Source: Octopus sinensis
Lineage: Eukaryota
Reading direction: 5' to 3'
Assembly (NCBI RefSeq): GCF_006345805.1
Contig: NC_042997.1
Location: forward strand, 93,682,001-93,746,000
Length of the DNA: 64,000 nt
A program made the position numbers and the translations under genes. This document shows, in pieces, positions 12,601-22,746 of the stretch (positions are counted from its first letter, which is position 1; the number at the start of each line of letters is the position of its first letter). A model generated the notes under the pieces. It did no database searches and had not been told where the DNA came from. It saw only the letters and a list, made by a program, of their open reading frames with translations.

Positions 12601-14321
12601 ATGATTGACCACGAACTTTACTTAGCTTGATGCATCTTAAGTACAGCAAATCACCACAACTCCTGGTCCCCTCATATATATATTATTACCAGAGCTGCAT
12701 TCTAAAGATTAAGTTGCTGCTTCAGAGCTAGAACTAGTTCAGCCCAGGTCAGTTGCTGAAGTGTGATCCATGTTATTGTTCACATACCAAGGAAACCATT
12801 TTATGCTACATATTTCCAAAACATGAATGACACCGTATTAACACCTCTAAAGTCATTACAAATGTTAAGTCTTACAATCTCTGATGCTCTCTCAAAACAC
12901 TTATACACACACACTCATATATGTACTGGCGTGGCTGTGTGGTAAGAAACTTGCTTCTCAACCACATGGTTCTGGGTTCAGTCCCACTGTGTAGCACCTT
13001 GAGCAAGTGCCTTCTCTAGCCTTGGGCCAACCAAAGCTTTGTGAGTGGATTAGGTTGATGGAAGCTGAAAGAAGCCTGTCGTGTATGTATATATCACCGT
13101 GATCACCGTGACCAACCAGGCCATCAGATGTTGTTACACATCGCTGGTCACAATGCGCTTCGCATTGTTTTAGCCTTCAAATGACGCCACCCCGCTGGCT
13201 AAGCGAGCAGGCCAACAGAAGAAAGAGTGAGAGAAAGTTGTGGCGAAAGAGTACAGCAGGGATCGCCACCACCCCCTGCCGGAGCCTCGTGGAGCTTTAG
13301 TTGTTTTCGCTCAATAAACACTCACAACACCTGGTCTGGGAATCGAAACTGCAATCCTACGACCGTGAGTCCGCTGCCCTAACCACTAGGCCATTGCGCC
13401 TCCACATGTATGTGTGTATATATATATATATATATATTTGTGTGTCTCTTTGTGTCTATATTTGTCCCATGCCACCATTGCTTGACAACTGATGTTGGTG
13501 TGTTTATGTCCTCATAACCTAGCGGTTCAGTTAAAGAGACCCATAGAATAAGTACTTGGCTTACAAAGAATAAGTCCTGGGGTTGATTTCTTTGACTAAA
13601 AACCCTTTAAGGCAGTACTGCAGCATGACTGCAATCTAATGACTGAAACAAGTATAGAAGAGAAGCCCATTGCATTTGTGAGTGTGTTCATGGTGGAAAG
13701 AAAAAAGAAAGTTGTTAGAGTTTTTTAAATTTAAGTTATAAATTTTGTAGATGTCATAAGGATTTATAAACTTACAAGAGAGCATGAAATGATCCTTTTT
13801 TTTTTTTTTGAACTGTGGATCTTAAAGCACAAAGCTATTACTGATAGTATGTGCTTATTTGGTTGAGAAACCCATTTTGAAGAGAAAAAGTCAAGCAGCC
13901 TTTGAGTTCCACTGTTTCAAGAATTAGGTTATAAATGTTTATATTTTTGATGTTATTAACATTTATAAACAATGTAACTTTTATTTTTAATCAATTTTTG
14001 TTTCTTGATTTATTGAATTTTATTTTATTTTATACTTTCAGTGGTGCTGAGGACAAGTTTGGTTATTTATGGGATAGGCACTATGGTGTTTGCCTCCAAA
14101 AGTTCCCACACAAAGATGTAGTGAACTCTGTTGCATTTCATCCTAAAAATCCTGAGATGTTAGTAACTGTTAGTGATGACTACACCGTAAAAATCTGGCG
14201 TTCTCGTCATTTGGAAAAGCTTTGTAAACAGGAAAGAGCTAGCAATAACAAGGACCAAATAACACCAGAGTTTGAATGTAATCTAACACAGACTGAACAG
14301 TTGAATTCAGAACCACATTGA
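1601..14321 (+). CDS. FBXW5: F-box/WD repeat-containing protein 5, 5'-partial spliced CDS: join(1601..1775,4556..4695,5992..7091,11326..11538,14042..14321), 635 aa + stop
   Basis: Manually spliced exons all have AG/GT boundaries and consistent phases (0-1-0-2-2); the total is 1908 nt = 636 codons. Peptides match remembered FBXW5 motifs: YTQFSQFN, SGEIAV, NKPYDVFG, KYLIFTTG, GHIIGMCLSPD-RYLYVNSR-WP, H-AYTPNDECFFIFLDV, SGAED--GY-WDRHY, VVNSV-F-P, SDD-T-K-WRS. Confidence 0.95.
2470..2685. mobile_element. TTAA-flanked MITE (piggyBac-type ends)
   Basis: ttaa-CCC(C)TTAGCAT...ATGCTAAAGGG-ttaa; related copies at 7551-7767 and 37677-37891. Confidence 0.75.
3088..3255 (+). mobile_element. tRNA-derived SINE family A, 5' half
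   Basis: A/B-box-like head (tggctatgtggtaag...ggttcagtccc), similar to the full copies at 33167 and 37001. Confidence 0.8.
3361..3596. repeat. Imperfect palindrome (~115 bp arms, 5 nt loop) carrying hammerhead-like motifs
   Basis: Arms 3361-3475 and 3481-3596 are reverse complements; the innermost ~34 bp are perfect. Confidence 0.9.
3400..3459 (-). ncRNA. Candidate minimal type I hammerhead ribozyme
   Basis: Minus strand: gataa CTGAAGA gatg..catct GAAA c caga g TT ttatc. It has a 5 bp stem I, both core boxes and a 2 bp stem III; the stem II register is imperfect. Confidence 0.5.
4556..4695 (+). CDS. FBXW5: FBXW5 internal exon (DEFQLQCRVLNKPYDVFGTW...DIWLNK), not in ORF track
   Basis: tttcag acceptor and gtaagt donor; phase matches both neighbours; NKPYDVFG motif. 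Confidence 0.92.
5992..7091 (+). CDS. FBXW5: FBXW5 large exon (AFQATDSE...GHIIGMCLSPDHR)
   Basis: Within ORF 5983..7095; ttacag acceptor and gtaaca donor; conserved ends flank a long low-complexity insert. Confidence 0.95.
7551..7767. mobile_element. TTAA-flanked MITE, same family as 2470-2685
   Basis: TIRs ..CCTTTAGCAT / ATGCTAAAGGG with flanking TTAA; internal sequence similar. Confidence 0.75.
8583..10060 (-). mobile_element. Helitron 3' fragment with frameshifted PIF1-like helicase and intact 3' terminus
   Basis: ORF pieces read GRT-H-TFKLPL, IVWDEC, GDFRQTLPV, RAILAPKN, YPTEFL-SL-PSG-P-H---LKVG-PIMLIRNL. The 3' end is hairpin cccgg-N6-ccggg (8595-8610) then CTAG|T. Confidence 0.92.
11326..11538 (+). 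CDS. FBXW5: FBXW5 internal exon (YLYVNSRPWP...FIFLDVCDEFVAS), not in ORF track in this strand/frame
   Basis: tttcag acceptor and gtaagt donor; 213 nt, phase 2-2; HKAYTPNDECFFIFLDV motif. Confidence 0.94.
12928..13660 (+). mobile_element. SINE family A copy interrupted by a SINE family B insertion
   Basis: 5' half at 12928-13090 and 3' half at ~13410-13660 match the intact copies. Confidence 0.85.
13093..13405 (-). mobile_element. tRNA-derived SINE family B
   Basis: Minus-strand head gtggaggcgcaatggcctagtggttagggcagcgg...gtttcgattccc; the 5' half is shared with 28957-29313. Confidence 0.82.
14042..14321 (+). CDS. FBXW5: FBXW5 terminal coding exon (GAEDKFGYLWDRHY...NSEPH*)
   Basis: tttcag acceptor; last WD40 repeats; TGA at 14319-14321. 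Confidence 0.94.
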
Positions 14322-16609
14322 CCCTAGCAGTCAAAGTCATACACATAATGGCAGAAAGATAAGCAGAAACAGAAAAGCTTAAGGCATAAACAGTTACAAT
14401 GATATTCATTTATTTTAATCTCAGCTTGGCTGTATTTTTGCTGGTACAATAGTTTGTTTCAAACATTCCTGCTTTATTTAAACTTAATGTATCTCAATTG
14501 TTAAAGAGCCTACCAATTCAATCAAATTTTTTTTCACATTGCGAAATGGAAATCCAACATATTTTCATGATAGTATGTTTAGATAGACATCCGATTGATA
14601 CAGCGTGTATGTGTGGGTATATGTGTGTATATCTACTTACACACACACAAACATATATATATATTCACACAAATACATACATGTGTATATATTTAATTTC
14701 CATGTATACTCTGACTTCCTTTTGTTTTGTAAATTAACAATGTTGTCAGTGACCAGAAATTTGCTTTCTTACAATGGAGTAAACAGTTTTCTCTTTGATT
14801 CACATCTCAGTGTGAGCTTTTTATTTAACATAATGACTTTTTAAATGGAGACATAAAACTTTGTTTTTCCTTTAATACAATCTGAAAATCTTTGTAAACA
14901 ATGTTCTTCTATGTAGTGCCTCAAATAAGAGAAACAACATTACTAATTAGTCAGCCTATAATTACATTTGTAATTTTGTACTTTTGAGACATACATTTTC
15001 CTCTTTTAGAAGTGCGGAACTGCTTTACGCAAAAAATAATCATAAATTTGACATTAAGAAGCTTTGCCTTTCATCCTTGTGGTGGATGGGAATAAATAAG
15101 TACAGATCATATATTGTGTTGATGGTAATCAACTATATTCTTCTTTTGTATAATTTGTACTCCCTTGTCAGTATTAGAAATCAGTTTTGTTCTATTTGGG
15201 GCTTACTGCTTATAACTATTATTTTCTTTGAAAGAAAGATAAACTATTAATGCTGTTGTTACACCTCAGCTCTTGTAATGCAATTAATTTAATTTTTTGA
15301 TTTTATTGCATTATAAGGTTTGTTTTGATTGTATGTATTTTTAACTTTACTTTTCCTCTATGAAGAAGAGTATTTTATTTATTTACAGATAAACTATCGC
15401 TTCTATATTAGTTATGCCAGTTAGCAGTATCAGTAGGGCAACAGACAAAATACTTTGTTGCTATGTCTCTTTATGCTGCGAGTTCAATTCCCACCAGGGT
15501 TAGCCATGTCTTTCATCTTTTTGGAATCAGTAAAATAAGTTTTAGTCAAGAACTGAGGCTGTTCCAATTGCACATAGTCTCCCTCCAAAATGTTTGGCCT
15601 TGTGCTTACCTTAGAAATCCTATATATAAGTAATGTGGTTGAAACTTTTATTGATTTTTATTCAGTGTCCCGAAATTTATCAGAAAACAACTTAGAAGAA
15701 TATTTATAAGCTGCTATAGTCTGTAACAATGACTAAAACCAACTTATTTACCAGCTATTGTGCTTAATTATATAATATAATAGTTCTATCTTCTTCAATA
15801 TGACATTGGGTTGAGTTCTATGCATTGTTAGATTTTGGTTTGTAATTCTTTTTTTTTTTTTAATTATTCATGGTGTTCTTATCATTGAATAATAATGAAC
15901 TTAAGTTTCCTTCACAGAAACATGTTTTGACTCACAGACTTCTTGATTAGTTATTCAAGACATTCTAATCTTTGAAAATATTTCGTTTCGCTCTTGCAAC
16001 TTTTCTTTTATGAGTTTTTTTTTTTAATGAAGATGTTCCAAAAAAAAGAATTTTGTACCATGATCAATAACTACAACCACCACCACAACAACAACAGCAG
16101 CAAAAAAAAAAAAATAATTGAATTCAAGTCACTATGATGAACTTTTTACAAACTCAGGATCTTACTTACATAGACATTTTCCAAATAACCATGGAAGAAT
16201 TTTCATTTCTATACATTGTACTGCAGATTAAAGCTCTATGAGTATGGTTTAAATGAATAATCATAAAAGTTGCATCGTCTGAATGTTATGAGAAGAAAGA
16301 AAAACTTTACCTTTGCTTATGAAATTTTATTTGTTCAAATATCTGCTGCCAACTTGTAAGAAAAGGTGGTCTGCAGTAAAAGTAAAGTAAATACATCTTT
16401 TTTTTTTTTCTTTTAACCTTTTTTTTAAAGACTTATTTATTTATTGTCACTGACTCTAGATTCATCTTATTTTCTTCTGATATTTTTCATGTTTAAAAAA
16501 ATATTTTCAGATTAACATGGAAATAATATTAATCTGGGAGTATTTTCTACTTTATTTTGATACAGGAAAAAGAAGTTTGATTTCAGTTTATTATTTTGTG
16601 GGTATAAAG

Positions 16610-17067
16610 CAGGGGTCAGCAAAGCGGTCAGTTATGACTCCTTAGGGTCCATGTGGTTGTCCAAGAAGTCAATAAACATCTGAAATGATTTTAAGCATTA
16701 AGGGTGCTGAATTATTAGTGAACTGAATCTGAAAGGCTTAAAACTCACTAATTTCCAACCAAATATTGATACAATAACTAGTATACACTAAATACATATT
16801 CCACATTAAATATTCTTGCTATATCAGTATAATATGACTGAATTTTTATTGTTCTTTATAAATTTCGTTAAGTGTTTTTATTAAATTTCTTTAAATATTT
16901 CTTATTAAAAAACAGTAATATCACAAAAGAAATGAGAAATTGTTTTAAGTCAAATCTTTTATCCATTAAACTGTTTGTCTATTTTAGAAATTTACATGAT
17001 GGGGAGTCAATAAGTTATCAATGATTCTATGAAGGGATCAAAGAAATAAGAATTTTGCTGACCCCTG
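16610..17067. mobile_element. hAT (Charlie-like) MITE
   Basis: 14 bp TIR CAGGGGTCAGCAAA / TTTGCTGACCCCTG with a perfect 8 bp TSD GTATAAAG on both sides. Confidence 0.9.
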
Positions 17068-19619
17068 GTATAAAGGCTCTACATTGAAATTTCCAAAATA
17101 AAACAAAGTTATTTTCATAAACTGAAATAGGGCAAAAAATTAACAGTGTACTCAATTCAAGAAAGTCCAGTTAAAAAGTTGAACATTTTATTTGTTTCAG
17201 GTATCTATATTTATTCAATATCAAAGGTCAAATTTGTTCTTGTATATGCTTCTTTCATGTACAAGAATGTTCATTTTATATAATATTAACTGAAATAAGG
17301 CATTTTCTTTCTAGATTTATGATTAGGAAGAAGGATGTTCTTTCTCTTAGTTTTATGAAAAAGAATTATTCAGCACTGATAAAATTGTCTTGTATCATTT
17401 AGTGCCATCTGTCTATGTTCTGGATACAAGTTCTGCTGGGTTCGACTTTGTTTTAATAAAATAATACTATCTAGGTACTGTGGTAAATGCTATTGACTCA
17501 ACCATTTCCTGTGTGTTTATTGCCTTGTGACAGTTTCAATAATCATCATTCCATTCTGTTTCATTGGTATCATTCTGTGTTCTTTGAGACATTAATTAAA
17601 GGGATTGGTGTATCTCAGGCAACATAGTTGTGGTCTAGTACAGAGAAATAACAGACTAACGCTGTAGTTGGATAGGATAGCCCCCCCGCCATCCTACTAC
17701 AGCATTACCCTGTTATCTCTCTGTACTAGATAATAAATTTATGCCATGGAAATTCTTATGTACTCTTTAAATGGAAAATTTAGTTTAGCTGAGGGAATTG
17801 CTGTGAAAGATCTGTTGTATGATAGCTCCAATCATTCACATGCTTAGTGGTTAGTCACAAACTAAGTAGATGATGCATTATCATTTGGTTATGTAACCCA
17901 ATGTGTAGAAGTAGAAGTACTCTTAATTTCATTTTCCATCACTGCTTTTTGGGGGGCTTTATGATTTGTCCTGGAGAAAGAGATTGTATTCATGACCTTG
18001 ACAGACTTAACAAAAAATTGGTGAGTTGCTGCTCTTCTTGGACAACTGCAGTTTGAAGCTGGAGGAAATTTTAGAGAAGAAAAGCTTGGCTAAGTGATTT
18101 GTGCATGGCTTGCATTATGTTGACACTGTAAGTTAACCCAGCATACTTAGAAGCCAATATCCAGTCAATACTCTTGAAACGAGCCAACTTTTAGCCATTT
18201 AACTTTGTAGGTGTGATGACTAATCTAAAAGGTGACAACTTTGTTCTTGGAGTTAAATTTTATGATTTTAATTTCTGCATTTATATAGCAGATTTGAGGA
18301 TAGATTATATTGCTATGACATTGTTTCTGTATTAAGTAGTTTCAATTCCTAATTACAGGTAGGTTTTAATATTTTCAAATTGCACTTTGGTACCACTTTT
18401 GATATTTGAAAAAACACAACAATTATAAAATATTTGTCACAACAGAATATTGGAATAGGAAGAACTGTTCATTTTTTTTTTTTTTTCAGAAAGCAACATT
18501 TGGGCAAAGAAAGCACCAAATTTTGAATGCCTTTGATTTGTCATAATCATGTCCTACATATCCAGCAAGCACATCTACTTTGCTCAAATTAAGGCAGCAA
18601 ATTAGTGTCTTTTTATTAGCAGCAAACAGGACAAGGTCACTTTTGCCTTTTCTCTTTTTGGTAGAGTCAATAAATATACAATCAGTCCCTGGCAGTAAGA
18701 TTGATTGAATTGCTAGTTTTGAACAATATGTCTAACAATGTCACTTCTGTCTGCATTCTGAGTTCAAATCCCATCTCTTGTCAATGGAAGAGAAAACAAA
18801 ATACAACACAGTGACACTACTGTTGGTAGTTGCAACCAAGAAATGAAGTTTGGTTGTGATAGGATTGCTCATTGATACTGCCATCACTAACTGATCATTC
18901 CATCATACACAGAAACATATTAGACAGAAAAATAAATGTCACGTGCTGATTATCACACTGTATATCACATTGACCAGTTATGAAGAGTAACAAATGATCT
19001 CATAAACTGATGTAATATAAAAACTATTAACTGAGCTAAAGTATTTGATCAGTCACCTCTGCTATAGAATTGTTCAAATGTAGCCAAAAGGTACAAGTCA
19101 AAAAATTAACATACATTTGTGTCTCCATGTGATTTGCTAACCAGTTATTTCCTAAGTTCAATTCCCAGATTGGGCTTTGTATTGTGTTCTTGAGCAAGAC
19201 ACTTTATTTCACATTGCTCCAGTTCACTCATCTGTAGAAATGAGTTCCAACGCCACTGCTATATCAGCCTTTGCCTTTCCTTAGGATAACATCAGTGGCG
19301 TAGAGAGGGGAGGCTGATATGTACGAGCAACTGCTAGTCTTCCATAAACAACCTTGCCTTGGAGGAGAACTTTCTCGGTGTTATCCTATAGTTCATTCAT
19401 GACCAAAGGAGGTCTTTACCCCTTTATTCCCCATTGTATGCCATCCAGGAATAAAATCAAAATTGCTGGCTTTGTGTCATAACTTGAAACCAATTTTATC
19501 ATATAGGTTCGAGGATGGCTGCTGTATTGTTGAGAAGTGCACCTCCCAACTACATCATTTCAGGTTCAGTCCTGCTATTCACCCAAACTATGCAAGTATG
19601 AAAAAAAATGGATGGAAAA

Positions 19620-20803
19620 CAAATGAATTCTCAGATCAAGGTTTCATCTTGTCAAGAAAGTCATCAACAGCAGATGTAACATCATCATACCTATGATACT
19701 GCTCCCCAGCCAAGTGTTTTTTCATGTTGGGGAACAGATGGGGTCAAATCAGGAGAATAGGGAGGGTGATCAACCAGTTCAAAGCAACAGTTGCACACAG
19801 CAACCACTGAATCCAAGGACTTGTGTGCTGGAGCATTATCCTCATGAAGCAAGACCCTTTATGTCAGTTTTCTGGGGTGTTTGGTCTTGATAGCCATTCA
19901 TATCTACCTCAGCAAGGTGGTACAGTACTCTCTATTGATGGTGTGGCCCTTTTGAAGAAAGTCCATAAACACGATGCTTTTTGCATCCCCAAAAACTGAG
20001 GCCATTGTCTTCCCTGCAGATGAAATGACCTTGGCCTTTTTTGGAGCAGGTGAGGAGGGATAATTTCACTGCATAGATTGTCTCTTTGCCACTGGCTCAA
20101 AGTGATGAAGCCAATACTCATCCTGGCTTAGGAAACATTCAAGGAAAGCAGCTGGTTTTGCCTTGAACAATGTCAGATTTTCTCATGTGATCTACCTGGT
20201 GCACTTTTAACCAGGTGTCAGAAGACATAGCACTCACCAAGCAGAAACCTTCAACATGCCACGTTCATTGTGCAGAGTATTCTGGATTCTACCACAGAGT
20301 ATGTTATTAGCATTGGCTATTTGATTTACAGTCAGTTATATATTATTATGTTTGACCTTTTCAGACTTTATTCTTCAATGACTTTATTCTTCATGTGGTC
20401 AACATGATCAATGTTTTCCTCAAGGATGGCTGTTGCTGAATGTCCAGACTTTGGGTCATCTTCAAGAAGCTCTATTCCCCTCCTAAATCCAGCTGCCACT
20501 TTTGCATTGTTCATGAAGCTGGAGTGTCATCCCCTAATGTAGCAACCATTTCAGCATGAAAGCCATTGGGGGCTAAACCCTTTTTCTGCAGGTACTTGAT
20601 AATGCCATAATGCCAAATTTTGTCCAATTCGAAGGAAATCACTACTAGTTACCTTTGATGTCTTCTCTGAACAGTCAGAAGTCAATTCACCAAGAAGAGT
20701 CAGCAGTTATAAATAAGGAGAGATGAAATTAATGCATGCAAGATTTCACAGCTCTAGCACAACTCCTTCATAACCAGCCTCTGAACTTTTCAACCCACCC
20801 TTG
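19620..20803 (-). mobile_element. Decayed mariner transposon
   Basis: Minus-strand remnants include FELVDHPPYSPDL; TIR-like gggtgggttgaaaagttc near 20785-20803; many stops. Confidence 0.8.
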
Positions 20804-20885
20804 TGTGTAGAGAGGGGGGGGAGACTTTTCAGACTATCCTTGTTCTCCCTCAAAAAAGCATGGATTAAGGTTAGAAATCCAGGTA

Positions 20886-20944
20886 TTTATTAAAATGGTT
20901 TCTAAAACAATTTCAAACATTTATTGTAATGAGTAGCATTTATT
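20886..20944 (-). terminator. Candidate polyadenylation signals for CFAP157
   Basis: TTTATT (AATAAA on -) at 20886, 20920 and 20939, 165-225 nt past the stop codon. Confidence 0.45.
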
Positions 20945-21109
20945 TTAAACATTCAAAAACAGTAAGTTATTCAATTCAAAATTTACTTTATTCCTTAACT
21001 GAAATTATATTATGAGCAAATAACTAAAGTGATAAAACCTAAAATCTGATATAAAATAAAATTTCTACACTACCATTATGTTCTTGTACTTGAGTAACAA
21101 AAAAATTGA

Positions 21110-21256
21110 CTAAACCAATCTTCTGGATCTTAAATAATCTTTAGATCTTGAGATCAAGGAACCACTTGTTGACTCTGGTTTTTTAGTTACTTCATTTTCT
21201 ATGAATTTGGTAGAAGGAAAAGCTTGCCATAACATTTCATCATTGAAGAATAAAGT
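21110..21256 (-). CDS. CFAP157: Probable CFAP157 terminal exon ([18 protein letters not shown]...RSRRLV*)
   Basis: tttttcag acceptor, phase 0 matching the upstream aga|gtaaga donor, 48 open codons to TAG, and a cluster of minus-strand AATAAA downstream. Homology support is only from memory of invertebrate C-termini. Confidence 0.72.
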   Translation of the reverse strand, partial: TLFFNDEMLWQAFPSTKFIENEVTKKPESTSGSLISRSKDYLRSRRLV

Positions 21257-21776
21257 CTGAAAAATATTACATTTAAATAATAAAAAGGTTTTTTTTCTCT
21301 ACATTTTAACTGTTTTTAGATGCATTAAGCTTTCTATCAATGTATATGCACTTGTATTTCTTAAACCAACTAATAACAAAATTTGTGCACCATAAAGTAA
21401 TACTTTTAACAAAATATTTGGCAAAATATATTTAAAAAATAAAGTTAACTTTCATAAAATTCTTTAAAACTAAGTCCTGAACCAAGATATTTGGTCTACA
21501 TAAAGCATAAGTCAATATTTATCAAAATCTTGATCTTAAATTAAATGTAACATTGAATCTTTTTTGTGATATATTCAAGTGTCTGCATCAAGGGATTTTA
21601 TGGAATTATTTTGACTTTTTTTTGAGAATTATCTTGAAAAATAGCAATAACTCTTGAAGTGGAAAAATTGAATTGGGCATCATTCATTCATATACACAAA
21701 AACACTCAGATAAAATGGGATTCAGTGTCCATCGAATAAAACTACTTGCCTAAGGTGCTATACACACACACATATA

Positions 21777-21821
<45 letters not shown>

Positions 21822-22021
21822 TATGTGTATGTATATATATATATATATATGTGTATATATATGTGTATATATATATATGTGTGTATGTGTATATATATAT
21901 ATGTGTGTATATATATATATATAATATGTGTGTATATATATATGTGTATATATATATTGTATATATATATATATATATATATATGTGTATATATATATAT
22001 GTGTGTATATATATATATGTG

Positions 22022-22052
<31 letters not shown>

Positions 22053-22074
22053 GTGTATATATATATATGTATGT

Positions 22075-22105
<31 letters not shown>

Positions 22106-22171
22106 TATATATATATGTGTATATATATATATATATATGTGTATATATATATATGTGTATATATATATATA

Positions 22172-22214
<43 letters not shown>

Positions 22215-22662
22215 ATATATATGTGTGTATATATATGTGTGTGTATATATATGTGTGTGTATATATATGTGTATATATATATATGTGTGTATATATATGT
22301 GTGTATATATATATATATGTGTGTATATATATATGTGTGTGTATATATATATGTGTATATATATATGTGTGTATATATATATATACATGTGTATATATAT
22401 ATATACATGTGTATATATATATATATATATACGTGTATATATATATATGTGTGTATATATATATATATATGTGTGTATATATATATATATATGTGTGTAT
22501 ATATATATGTGTGTATATATATATATATGTGTGTGTATATATATATGTGTGTATATATATATATATGTGTGTATATATATATATGTGTGTATTATATATA
22601 TATATATATGTGTATATATATATATATATATGCGTGTATATATATATGCGTGTATATATATA

Positions 22663-22746
<84 letters not shown>

